Source: a virus
DNA length: 64,000 bases
Reading direction: 5' to 3' (one strand)
Virus record (IMG/VR): IMGVR_UViG_3300010403_000001
Span: 15,712-79,711 of that record
Under the pieces are notes generated by a model that saw nothing but the letters and a program-made list of their open reading frames with translations, was not told where the DNA came from and ran no database searches. Positions within the stretch are counted from its first letter, which is position 1, and each line of letters begins with the position of its first letter. The position numbers were made by a program, and so were the translations under genes. Below are positions 40,192 through 49,896 of the stretch, piece by piece.

Positions 40192-40886
40192 ATGTGTTCT
40201 CCATTAGTTTTTGATTTGAAAGTTTGATTACGCCAATGATTGTCCAGTGCGTTTGCTCGGTATTTTAATTTCGCTTCCTCACTTTTAGTTCCGTTTGCTG
40301 GTCGCTCAAGTTCGAGTAGATCACACCAGCTGTCCCGTTTTCTTCGTAACCATTCCGGAGAAACACCACATACTTTTGCTGAAGCTCGCATAGAAGGAAA
40401 GCCATTTTCCGCTGCCAGACGCGGAATGGAATGAAGTAAAGCATGAACGCGAGCGCGTAAGTTGCCTTTTTCATCCTGAACCAAATAGCATGATACACGA
40501 CCCAGGAGATTAGCCCTGCTACGGATGAGCTCGTCCTCCATTGGTTTCCTAAGCCACGCAGTGGTTTCACGAATGATTTGAGCATACGCATTCCGTTGTT
40601 CCGTGCTCCAGTTATATTTTTTGCCGAGTTCTTCTATAATGTAATCCACGTAATCGTCAATGGCGACCGCCATGTCTGGGGTGTGTGCACTGGTGGAGAA
40701 ATTATCATTGTAATCCAATGCCATCCCATTCTGATCAGGGACATCACAATGCAGTCCAAGCAGTGCAGCTTGTTCTTTGAATTCCGAGGGAGCACTCTCC
40801 CATGCGGCAGCATATTCTCGATCGTGGCGTACCTGGCGATCATTATAGCTGCCGTTGATACCCGTTCCGGGGGTTGAGTCCAACAT
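40188..40886 (-). CDS. Putative transcription regulator with C-terminal HTH
   Basis: SMRASAKVCGVSPEWLRRK. Confidence 0.55.
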   Translation of the reverse strand: MLDSTPGTGINGSYNDRQVRHDREYAAAWESAPSEFKEQAALLGLHCDVPDQNGMALDYNDNFSTSAHTPDMAVAIDDYVDYIIEELGKKYNWSTEQRNAYAQIIRETTAWLRKPMEDELIRSRANLLGRVSCYLVQDEKGNLRARVHALLHSIPRLAAENGFPSMRASAKVCGVSPEWLRRKRDSWCDLLELERPANGTKSEEAKLKYRANALDNHWRNQTFKSKTNGEHI

Positions 40887-41610
40887 GCGTGCTGGGATTC
40901 AGATCTATCATGATTCCAGGGCTACGCAAACTATTTTTAAAAAAGTTGAAAAAAAATCTGGACATGGTGAACCCGTATTTGGTAAAATTCTTTCCGAAGG
41001 AAAGAGGGAAGACTTGAGAGCGAGCGAAGGGATTCACGACGGTCTTCCCTGTTTCCTGAGGAAAGAAGGGTAGCAAATCATTATGTATAGCCCAATGAAA
41101 ATATATCGCGTAACATTAGATAGAAAAAACGGTGATGGTAGCGGAGGTTTCCAGTACTGTCGCACAAAGCGTGAAGCCAAATCTTTCTCAGACTCGGTTT
41201 CTAAGGATAACGAATGCAGAATCGACGTAATCGAGGTGAAAGTAAACGCTGTTGGTATCCTGAGCGCACTAAATAGTTACGGAGGGCACCCCGACAATGG
41301 ATAACCCGTATCACGCTGTTTTACTAAAACATAGGATTTGGTGTGAAGCTGGGTCTCAACATTCAACCTGCTACGAATATGCAGCAAAGGTTTTGAATAT
41401 CAATGGCAGGGAAACTTGTTTGTGCGAGGAACACGCTGACAGAATCGCTTTTGTTAGCAAATCATTATGTATAGACAACCAATATGGCTACCACTCAGAG
41501 CAGAAGGTCGCATCGTGTATGAGTCAAAGGGGGACGAAATAGTTCTATTGAAAGATCCAGCTGATGCTCCGGGGTTCATTGAGAGATTCACCACAGCGTG
41601 GTGTAACAGA

Positions 41611-42429
41611 CTATTGTGTGACGCCGTTGATAATCGAGAAGAGTAATTCTCTGGTTCCACCATCAGCAACAAACTCACGTAGATCTTTTGCTGGTGGTAT
41701 GAATTTCCTGACCTGACATTTCAGTGTGCTGGCCAACTTCTGAGCTCCACGAAGTCCAGGGGTATCGTTATCACAACAGATATAGACTGTCTTTATTTTG
41801 AGGATACCAATCACCTGGCCAACCATATCTTCCTGACCCTGGCAGGCATGCCGGCCGATGGCGTAGAGGCCGAGGCTTAATGCTGCAGCGGTATCTGTGG
41901 GTCCCTCACAGATGAACAGATCGCCGTTGGGTAAACCAACGTGACCGAATGGAATGAATAATCCTGCGTGGCTACCTTTTACCGCCCACTTTTCGCCAGC
42001 ATCATTTCGCAGACGGATACCAACCACTCTACCAGTTGGCAGATACATTGGGAACGCATAAGCCTGATAAGGTTTGGCGTAGACTGTCCCGAGCTCATTG
42101 AGTGCACGTACCCCGAGTTTAAGGTGTTCAGCCAGTGTATGAATGCGGTCAATTGAATTGCTACGCCAACTCTCAAGTAGAGCAACGAAATCCGGTGATG
42201 GTTCATATTGTTTCTTTTGTCGTTTTACAAAAAGTGGTGGGGGGCCAGCGTGGTCGAACGGATGCCACCAGCCGCCGTTGTGCATCTGACGCTGGCTCTC
42301 CACCCGCATACAACACGAGCCACGTTCATTGAAGGTACACCAATCAGCATGATCGCATATCCTGCAATGTTCGTGTCGTGATACTCGTGTCCATTCCTCT
42401 AGCGTAGTATCCCCCTTACCCGCTTCACC
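41611..42429 (-). CDS. Primase (N-terminal zinc finger + TOPRIM); start codon unresolved
   Basis: Open frame WTRVSRHEHCRICDHADWC...CCMRV upstream of ATG 42309; ICEGPTD, CDNDTPG, KDLRE. Confidence 0.85.
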   Translation of the reverse strand, partial: GEAGKGDTTLEEWTRVSRHEHCRICDHADWCTFNERGSCCMRVESQRQMHNGGWWHPFDHAGPPPLFVKRQKKQYEPSPDFVALLESWRSNSIDRIHTLAEHLKLGVRALNELGTVYAKPYQAYAFPMYLPTGRVVGIRLRNDAGEKWAVKGSHAGLFIPFGHVGLPNGDLFICEGPTDTAAALSLGLYAIGRHACQGQEDMVGQVIGILKIKTVYICCDNDTPGLRGAQKLASTLKCQVRKFIPPAKDLREFVADGGTRELLFSIINGVTQ

Positions 42430-42584
42430 TCATCACGAAATAGTCTGGACAACGCATTACCACTGATCAGTTCGTAATTGCTCTCCAGTTTATCAGCCAG
42501 CTGATCTAATGTTTCAGCGAACAGTGGATGTCGCTTACCTTTTGATCCACGGGTGTATTTTGATTTTGTTTTAGTTGTTTTCAT
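42399..42584 (-). CDS. 61-aa ORF overlapping the primase frame
   Basis: ATGA-coupled to the helicase stop. Confidence 0.55.
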   Translation of the reverse strand: MKTTKTKSKYTRGSKGKRHPLFAETLDQLADKLESNYELISGNALSRLFRDEVKRVRGILR

Positions 42585-44233
42585 ACTGCTACTGGTCTCC
42601 TCCAGTGGTTCTTTGCCAACCCATCAAGTAATTGGCTGGCCTCCGCTCTGGTTAAATTCTTCGTGTCATATCCAAATCTACTAAGTGTGGCGCATTGCTT
42701 GTATGAGGCCAGCTTATTCTCCCATCGATAAAACAAACTGTTAATAACCTGCCGCCCTTGGGTGTAGGAGAGCGTGTCTGGGTCTATCCCCTGCTTAAGT
42801 AACAACGCTCGTTGTTTTTCACTTAAGCTTTTGCCCAAATCCCAGCCACGCTCCCTACTAGGCACCATACCAAACGCAGTAAAAGGATCAATCGATCGCG
42901 TAGAGTATTTTACCTTGGCCATTAATCTAGCCCTACGCGCCATGATGCGTTGTTCCTCCAGCTTCTTTTGTGTCCGAATCTCTTCTACCGCTTCTTCCAG
43001 TGCCTCGTCCATCCGCACACGTCCTTCTCGCGCTTTACGGATGGCCAGCTCCACAACCTCGTCACCGACATTCCCCCCAAGGATATCAGCAGAGGTTACC
43101 AACCGGTGCTTACCGGAATTACCAACGAAATCGATTATAAGGGCGCTGGGCTTCGCGCTGCCTTCAATGGCTGTCCGTCTACCATCCTTGTCCGAAATGT
43201 TATCTACGAGCCCAGGTAGAGGCCGCAAGACCCGTCCTGCCATTTGTGCATAAAGACTGCGGCTCTTTGTTGGCCTGGCCATGACTACAATACTGGCAGC
43301 CGGAACATCAACCCCCTCAGTGATCACTCCGACATTACAGATTACCTGCAGATCACCTTTACGAAATCTTTTCATCAACTCACGCCGATCATGTTTCGGT
43401 GTTTTAGCACTAACCCAATCAGCCATTCCATCCTTATGACGATTAAAGATATTGCACGCCAGTTCGGCATGCTTGACGCTTGCCGTAAAGACTATCGTTT
43501 GCTTATCGCCCTCGATAATCTCTATGGTAGCACCGACAACACCTTGGAGGTTTTTTTCCGCCTCCATTATGACCGCAAGATCGGAGTTGTTAAGATCCCC
43601 AGCCGTGGTACGAATATTACTATAGTCCAGGCCTTCGATCTCGACCATCTGCTGATCGATGGGAACAAGCCACCCATCGTGGATGGCATCTAATATTCCG
43701 TAGTCATCTGCTACGGTGTCGAAGATTTGTCCCAACGCTTCCTCATCTGCTCTGTCAGGAGTTGCTGTAACACCCAATATACGAATATCAGGGTTACGTT
43801 TAAAGTAATCAATAATACTGCGATAACTAGCAGCAGTTGAGTGATGACATTCATCGATAATCAAACGTCCAAATTCATGTGGGGAGAAACGATGCATTCG
43901 TCGTTTGTCGCCCTGTCCAGATATGAGGGTCTGCACAGTGGCGACAACGACGGGTGCACCAGCATACTCAGTGGATGCTGAATCCATTTCAGCCATTTCG
44001 ATATCACAGAACAGCCCTGCCTGTTCCTGAACACGTTCCTGGATTTGGAATATCAGCTCTTCCCTGTGAGCCAATACCAGACTACGAAGTGGCTGACTCC
44101 TACTGATGACAGCGGTAAGGGTTGTTGTCTTACCTGTGCCAGTAGGATGGGAGATCAATGTCGATCGGTTGTCTTTCCATTCATTGAAAATGGAATCAAC
44201 CGCCCGAGATTGATAATCCCGTAGAGCAATCAT
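42581..44233 (-). CDS. Superfamily 2 (DExH, ResIII-like) helicase
   Basis: LRDYQ, PTGTGKT, DECHH, TATP, EGVDVP, QMAGRVLR. Confidence 0.95.
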   Translation of the reverse strand: MIALRDYQSRAVDSIFNEWKDNRSTLISHPTGTGKTTTLTAVISRSQPLRSLVLAHREELIFQIQERVQEQAGLFCDIEMAEMDSASTEYAGAPVVVATVQTLISGQGDKRRMHRFSPHEFGRLIIDECHHSTAASYRSIIDYFKRNPDIRILGVTATPDRADEEALGQIFDTVADDYGILDAIHDGWLVPIDQQMVEIEGLDYSNIRTTAGDLNNSDLAVIMEAEKNLQGVVGATIEIIEGDKQTIVFTASVKHAELACNIFNRHKDGMADWVSAKTPKHDRRELMKRFRKGDLQVICNVGVITEGVDVPAASIVVMARPTKSRSLYAQMAGRVLRPLPGLVDNISDKDGRRTAIEGSAKPSALIIDFVGNSGKHRLVTSADILGGNVGDEVVELAIRKAREGRVRMDEALEEAVEEIRTQKKLEEQRIMARRARLMAKVKYSTRSIDPFTAFGMVPSRERGWDLGKSLSEKQRALLLKQGIDPDTLSYTQGRQVINSLFYRWENKLASYKQCATLSRFGYDTKNLTRAEASQLLDGLAKNHWRRPVAV

Positions 44234-45105
44234 TTGTCCAGCTTTTTAACTGCCATTGAACGCATCACTCTGGCTTCCTCAGGAAGTGCATGTTCCCATC
44301 GAAACTCACTAATAACACCACGCCCCTTACAGAGAGTGCAGCTCTCGGGTATCCTACCCTGACATGTTGTGCACACCACGTATGGTATCGCACACTTAAA
44401 GGCCTGATAGAGATTCCCTAATTCTACCCTGGCCCAATTGAGATTCACCTCACAGTACATAGGATCTTTACGAACCTGCAATTCTTCGGCCAGGGTTTTC
44501 AGTTTGGAGAGCTGTTTCAGTATGTCTTTTACTTCATCGGCCCGATTCCAATATGGCAATGCGGGTTCCGGAATGGGATATCCGAGGGCGTCACGAAAAC
44601 CGTTAGGTTTCTCCCGAGCAATTTCTTTCTCTGCCTGCGATATGGTTTTCTTGCCTTCCTCTACTTCTCTGGCTTTCTTTGCAGATCGAGCTAACAGACG
44701 TTTGGCATTCTTAGCTGTAGACTTACTTACCCCTGCAGCCTTCGCTACCTCGGATACGGAGACCGAATTATTACCACCAGATGGACGACCCGGTGGTTTC
44801 CAGCCCATTATGTCTGAGGTTAATTTTGCAACAACCATGGCCCTTTGTGATTGTGTCAGATGCCTGCGACTTACATTCATGCTGACCACAAACAAGAGCG
44901 GGTTTTGATCGCTGTCTAATTCCTTGAATCTCGGTTTAATCTTAAACCGTTTACAAGCCAGGTATCGATTACGACCATCGAGGACCTTCCCCTCGTATGT
45001 CGTGATCGCAATCCTGAGTCCGTTTTCTTTAATGTCCTTCCCTAGCTCATCGAGCTCGTGTCCAGGTAGGATTGGTAGAATCTCTGATAATGGATGGAAT
45101 TTCAT
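44230..45105 (-). CDS. ParB-like N-terminal domain protein with HTH and C-terminal CxxCxG zinc finger
   Basis: DIKENGL..I...VLDGRNRY.AC, N..RRHL, CTTCQG..CTLCKGRG. Confidence 0.85.
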   Translation of the reverse strand: MKFHPLSEILPILPGHELDELGKDIKENGLRIAITTYEGKVLDGRNRYLACKRFKIKPRFKELDSDQNPLLFVVSMNVSRRHLTQSQRAMVVAKLTSDIMGWKPPGRPSGGNNSVSVSEVAKAAGVSKSTAKNAKRLLARSAKKAREVEEGKKTISQAEKEIAREKPNGFRDALGYPIPEPALPYWNRADEVKDILKQLSKLKTLAEELQVRKDPMYCEVNLNWARVELGNLYQAFKCAIPYVVCTTCQGRIPESCTLCKGRGVISEFRWEHALPEEARVMRSMAVKKLDK

Positions 45106-45967
45106 TATATGTTGGTTGTTGAATACCAGGTCGTATTTGCTGACCCTAGGTAGGTTACGGTTGTTGTTGGGAATTGGCCATAGCCAGTGCTTGTCGATAC
45201 CGACTGAAGGGTATTCATTTGCTGCAGTTGTCTCCGCATATAGATCTCTTCATCCGTGGATGATTTGGGTTTTCCTTTCACGGCATCGATGATGGCCTGC
45301 TTAATTTCCTGCGGTGATAGTTTCTTTGCGTATTTGAGTAGGTCTTTGGGTAACATAATTATTTAAATGCGTTTGGTGTAAACACTTCCACTCCCTGTGG
45401 CATGGAATATGACCTTTTCGGGAGATGGTATCTTATCGATTTTCTTGAATCCAATCTTGTCTTTGACGTAAAGACCACCAGTATCATCTACCCAATTCCA
45501 GGTGAATTCGATGGTATCGCCGTTAACAACATTGATTGGATTACTTAAACCGAATCGGCCAATCGGATCTGAATAATCTACTCTGCTGGCAGATACATAT
45601 TCCTTAGTGGCCTCAAGGATACTACGTTCGGCTTCTAACCCATTTATCTGGACGGCGTATTTTAGAATGTCCTTTGGTAGTATCATTGCCATACAGTGGT
45701 CATGGCGTATGTTGAGAAAGAGGTCATTGGCCATGACGTTGCTGACCATGCCGTTGATGTTGAACCTATCATGGTGTTATGCTGCATCCATTGAGATGTA
45801 TTATTTGAGTGGGAGTAAAGGGAATGTTTCTTTACTGCATCCATGACCTGTTTCTCAGCTTCCTCCCCAGAGAACATCCTGGCATGCACCAGAATATCCT
45901 TGGGGAGGAGCTGCCTCTGAGGCTCTTCCTTGGCAAGTCCAACCTTCATAAGCCAAGGATTAGCCAT
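45105..45967 (-). other. Three tandem paralogs with LPKD[IL]L motif
   Basis: MLPKDLLKYA / ILPKDILKYA / LLPKDILVHA followed by [IV].[DE]A.K. Confidence 0.75.
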
Positions 45968-46449
45968 TAACCCTCGTTTTCCTTGAGGATATCTTCAATC
46001 TTAACATCATCGTCCCACTGAGCGATGAAGTACCGGTTTTCGCATCCAGTAATGCGACCCAACAGGATTGGGTCAGGCACAACTGTCACTGACTTTATCG
46101 TGGCCACTTCGAAAGAATCAAAGCAATCCAATGCTTTGGCTTCCCTTAGTTTGCCCAAAGCTTCGGCAGGTGGCACTTCCTGATATTGTTCGATCGGGGT
46201 AAATGCCAGGGTCTGGTAGGTATAAATGGAACCCCATTTGTTCTTACCATCCTGCGTTGTGCTCTTAGCTTTTAGCTCTTCGTTAAACCGAGTGATATGA
46301 TCTGGTGTTATCACCCTGAAATGCTCAAACGCGATTCGCATCTTGCGAGCGAGCTCACGCTTGGCTTTCACGTTGCTGGCTGCTGCTTTAAATCCGAGCT
46401 CTTCCAGCTCACAAGCTCGGACTGTTGGTGTTTCTACTGTTTCCGTCAT
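45967..46449 (-). CDS. Conserved phage protein
   Basis: Y..VPP..AL...DPILLG...YFIAQWD. Confidence 0.7.
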   Translation of the reverse strand: MTETVETPTVRACELEELGFKAAASNVKAKRELARKMRIAFEHFRVITPDHITRFNEELKAKSTTQDGKNKWGSIYTYQTLAFTPIEQYQEVPPAEALGKLREAKALDCFDSFEVATIKSVTVVPDPILLGRITGCENRYFIAQWDDDVKIEDILKENEG

Positions 46450-47195
46450 TTGTTTTTTCCTTTCATTGCTAATTCCAGATTGATCTGGTCTATGTCTGAT
46501 TCTACGGGGACGACACCTGGCGGGGTTGGTACTCCACCATGTTCGGCTAAATCTTGACCATGCAATGCCTCTTTAACTTCCACGGCAGCTGCTTCTCGGG
46601 ATGCTTGTCTGTCCATAATGGATTGCTCGTTGGCTTGCTCCATTTCCTCTGAGGTATACAATCCACTCAGTTCCTGCGGGAAAGCTTTGCGTAGAGCTAG
46701 AGCCTCAGCAACTTTGGCGATCATTACTTCCGGCATCTTACTCCAGAATTCGTTTAGCTTCCCTTCCTTGGTTAGGACAGCATAGCTCTTAAACTTGGCT
46801 ACGCCATATGTTGGCTCTTTGAAATTAATACGCCACACACCGACCCTGGCAGCTATTGGAGGTGCTTCCGGAACCCACACATCTTTCCATATCCCATCAG
46901 ATGCGCACCATTCCGGTGTAGTTTGGCCACCATAGTTACCTGTTCGCTCAGCTACCAACCGGAATCCATCGATCGATACCTGGATGGTTATTGTATACTT
47001 TTTCTGAGCAGTGCTCCAGCGCCTGACTGCATAGATCTGCCGGGTCAATGGGTCGAGGCCAGTGCGCTGGCATTGATAGAGGAACAGCCGCACTTCATCA
47101 TTGGTTACATCCCTCGGGAGTGCCGTTCGGATTAAATCTTTATACTCTTGCGTGAACTCACTTGGGCTTGCTTTTACTGCTTGTTTTTTGGGCAT
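46446..47195 (-). CDS. bet: Bet/RecT-family single-strand annealing protein
   Basis: CQRTGLDPLTRQIYAV, IDGFRLVAERTG.Y.G, W.KMP.VM.AKVAEA.ALRKAFP..SGLY..EEM. Confidence 0.92.
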   Translation of the reverse strand: MPKKQAVKASPSEFTQEYKDLIRTALPRDVTNDEVRLFLYQCQRTGLDPLTRQIYAVRRWSTAQKKYTITIQVSIDGFRLVAERTGNYGGQTTPEWCASDGIWKDVWVPEAPPIAARVGVWRINFKEPTYGVAKFKSYAVLTKEGKLNEFWSKMPEVMIAKVAEALALRKAFPQELSGLYTSEEMEQANEQSIMDRQASREAAAVEVKEALHGQDLAEHGGVPTPPGVVPVESDIDQINLELAMKGKNK

Positions 47196-47218
47196 TGTTA
47201 CGGGTTTTTGGTTTTGGG

Positions 47219-47242
47219 AAAAGGGGTAATATTACCCCTTTT
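47219..47242. repeat. Palindrome copy 3 (perfect 24-bp AAAAGGGGTAATATTACCCCTTTT)
   Basis: Inside ORF 47158-47391, just upstream of bet. Confidence 0.9.
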
Positions 47243-47383
47243 TCTGAGTGGCTCTCCCTAGCTACGAAGGCTTCCAGGGAGTCAAAAATGGTGCACTTTT
47301 TGGCGTCGACTGCTGGGAGGAAACTGCCTGTGTATTCTGGCACTTGTATCCAGCCGTTGGATACTCGCCAGAACTGGATTTTG

Positions 47384-47743
47384 TCAGGCACAGCTAGATA
47401 ATTGGGCCAGAGAAAAACTCAAGTCAATACTTTTTTTCAGGTTTTTTTTCCGCTGCGAAATCATTGCCATGACTTCCGTCTCCATCAGGTCGGCCGGCAG
47501 GCTTTCCAGAATATCATGGCAAGGATTGCAACAGAGCACGACGATTCCGAGCTCATGTGGCTTCAGGAATCGTCGCTTCTTCGCATGGGCAAATCCCAAT
47601 GCGTTATCTCCCCAGCAAGTGCCGGGATACCTTAGTTCGCATGAGGTAATTCCCCAGGATAGGAATTTAACCTTTAGCTTTGCTCGTTCTTTCTCCCACT
47701 GCAGGGTGCGCTTCCCACGTTTTGGCAGTGGGCTACGTTGCAT
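47384..47743 (-). CDS. HNH/NinG-like zinc nuclease
   Basis: SCEL...C...FAH...VLCCNPCHD. Confidence 0.65.
   Translation of the reverse strand: MQRSPLPKRGKRTLQWEKERAKLKVKFLSWGITSCELRYPGTCWGDNALGFAHAKKRRFLKPHELGIVVLCCNPCHDILESLPADLMETEVMAMISQRKKNLKKSIDLSFSLAQLSSCA
47392..47455 (-). promoter_or_regulatory. Sigma70-like promoter for the recombination/replication operon
   Basis: A-tracts, TTGACT-17 nt-CAATTA, then GTG 7 nt later. Confidence 0.45.
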
Positions 47744-47941
47744 CGTTAGCCACCGAATCTATCAGGTGGATATTGGTATCCCGGCGCATGCTGCCGTTCT
47801 TCTTCCTGATTGTCCGCGACCCGCTCCTTCCGGCGCATTTCTCTCGTCCTAGTACCAAATAGACGTAAGATAGATTCGCAGATGTTATCACCCTGTCTGC
47901 CACCAAGCAGATCACGGAAGGTAAACCCAGGCATAAACTAC

Positions 47942-48247
47942 TTAGGGCTGCGGATTGGGAACGATGTCCGCCAATTGCTGCGCTTGTGGTTGAACGGAAG
48001 TCACTTTGTCGTTCAATGCAGTCACAATGGCTTCTTGCTCAGGTGTGAGCGTTGTGTTCTGCAACTGTCCGATGAGATTAATAATCTCGGTGAACGCTTC
48101 GGTGAGTTTCGTTCCGATGTCGTCGAGTTTTGTATTTGCGTCGGTGAGAATCTGGACTGCTTCTTGTAATGTCATAAGGATTTTACTAATTTGAATTAAT
48201 ACTGCGGTGAATGCTACAAGTTGTAGCAGTAAAAGAAAGTTTGTCAT
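47942..48247 (-). CDS. Small coiled-coil protein with possible N-terminal TM
   Basis: Heptad pattern; located in the lysis region. Confidence 0.55.
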   Translation of the reverse strand: MTNFLLLLQLVAFTAVLIQISKILMTLQEAVQILTDANTKLDDIGTKLTEAFTEIINLIGQLQNTTLTPEQEAIVTALNDKVTSVQPQAQQLADIVPNPQP

Positions 48248-48546
48248 CTAAAGAAAAATTAAGCAAATGGATGCCAACAATGTTAGCACGAAGATGAAGG
48301 ATATTACTATATGCTTGTTGCTTCTATTGCGCCGAGCTTCCCTCAGATTATACGGAGACATGAGGTATCTGGCTCTGGTCACTGGTTCTTCTTCAAACAT
48401 GATGCCATAGTCCATTCTTTTTGTAGCCACATTGAAACTTCTCCGCAAACACGCCATATCGGATCTTCGGCCTTGGTTTATTCTTGGAACGATTAAAGAT
48501 GATGACCTTCGATTTGTATTGGTCGTACCGTGCCTGCTTGCTTGCG

Positions 48547-49059
48547 TTAGCCATGGTGACTGCCGAATGACGTAAGCACAAATTGTTTTCCTTCGATTTT
48601 AGCGGCAACTCCAGGCCAGAAACGGTAGTGCACTGACTGGGTATCTATTCCACCAGTATTCGGGTTATCATTAATCCCGAGGCGCTTTGCAAGGCAAGCG
48701 CTCAGCTCTCCAAGCTTATTGTGTGGTCCCACATCAAAGACAACGGCCGGCTCGTGCTTCCCATTGTATTCCACTGAGGCAAAACAACCCAGGACTATTT
48801 CCGGTGTGAGCTTGATAACTTCCGGGGGGAGAACAATCCCTGGGACTATGTCTGAATTTACCGGTTTGCCTTCGAAATGTAATGATGTCTCCGCCTGGCC
48901 ATACGGATCTCGTTGCCAGTTTGGACTGCCATCCACATCTACATCGGCATCCCCAAAGAACCAGAAGGCAGGTTTGCCCTCCAGGAGATCGTCGTCATCC
49001 CTGAAAACGTTGGCGGTATAGAATTCCCCTTTGCTGGTTATAGTGATACAAAGTTTCAT
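48547..49059 (-). CDS. GH75 (chitosanase-like) hydrolase, probable endolysin
   Basis: DVDVDG..DP..Q.ETS..VP.IVLP..LG..V..DVGP..KLGE.S..LA..LG. Confidence 0.75.
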   Translation of the reverse strand: MKLCITITSKGEFYTANVFRDDDDLLEGKPAFWFFGDADVDVDGSPNWQRDPYGQAETSLHFEGKPVNSDIVPGIVLPPEVIKLTPEIVLGCFASVEYNGKHEPAVVFDVGPHNKLGELSACLAKRLGINDNPNTGGIDTQSVHYRFWPGVAAKIEGKQFVLTSFGSHHG

Positions 49060-49264
49060 GCCGCGTCTTCTGGCTTCCACCAATCTGGCGGATTGGCTTC
49101 AAGATTCTGTAGTTCCAGGTTGAATGCCTCTTCCATTTCTTTGCTCCACTGGCCTTTCTGTTGCAGATCGGCTTTAACCTTTTGAATGTAATCCCAGATC
49201 TGTGGGATCGTGGTAGCTGCCTGGAATAGGTACGGTAGGAATTGTAGGATAAGGGCTGCCATAA

Positions 49265-49684
49265 TTAAGGGTTCCGGATTTCGTTAATGTAAGTCTGAGC
49301 TCTATTGGTATTCGTTGTTAACACACTCAGAGCATTAAACAATGCGTTCAGTCCAACATTACTGTGTTTGTAATCATTCTTGAGATTGTTGGCGGTAACC
49401 AGCCATGTCGGTGCATTCTTGCGCAGGTACTCAGCGAATGTATGGATCTGCGGGAATCGTTGTTTAACTAATTCTCGGTTGTCGTATTCGATTTTAAGGA
49501 ACAGATCGAATGTATCCTTGGATATTCGCAGGGTTTTTTCGGCATTAACAACGTACGATTCGTTGGGGGCCAGGGTCCCCGTGGGGGTTCCGGGGGTGGT
49601 GGTTTTACAACCTGATAACAGAAAGGGCGTACTCGGCAGCAAAGCCAAGCCGATGACGATGGTTAAGATTCGTAAATATTTCAT
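49265..49684 (-). CDS. Lipoprotein (spanin-like or lysis accessory)
   Basis: Signal peptide ending in lipobox LLSGC. Confidence 0.65.
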   Translation of the reverse strand: MKYLRILTIVIGLALLPSTPFLLSGCKTTTPGTPTGTLAPNESYVVNAEKTLRISKDTFDLFLKIEYDNRELVKQRFPQIHTFAEYLRKNAPTWLVTANNLKNDYKHSNVGLNALFNALSVLTTNTNRAQTYINEIRNP

Positions 49685-49878
49685 TCTTTTGATTTTGATT
49701 TAATTGAATTGATTGATCTCAAGATAAAAGCTGCAACCAAGCTAATCCCCGCCACCCATGGTTTTGCTGCCGGCGGAATTACTGTAGCCAGATCACCCAA
49801 TGTATACGGAAGAGCAGCCAGCATTGTTACTGCAGCGAAAAATGCGGCACCGAGAGACCGCCAGTTGATTCTACCCAT
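49681..49878 (-). CDS. Two-TM small protein, putative holin
   Basis: NWRS start, two hydrophobic helices, basic tail; upstream of the endolysin. Confidence 0.6.
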   Translation of the reverse strand: MGRINWRSLGAAFFAAVTMLAALPYTLGDLATVIPPAAKPWVAGISLVAAFILRSINSIKSKSKE

Positions 49879-49896
49879 GTGCCATACCGAGGGGTG

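Noticed and set aside
1338-41610. Strand-switching islands as invertible segments
   Set aside because: No inverted repeats pairing the island ends and no invertase seen; the three palindromes do not coincide with the island boundaries
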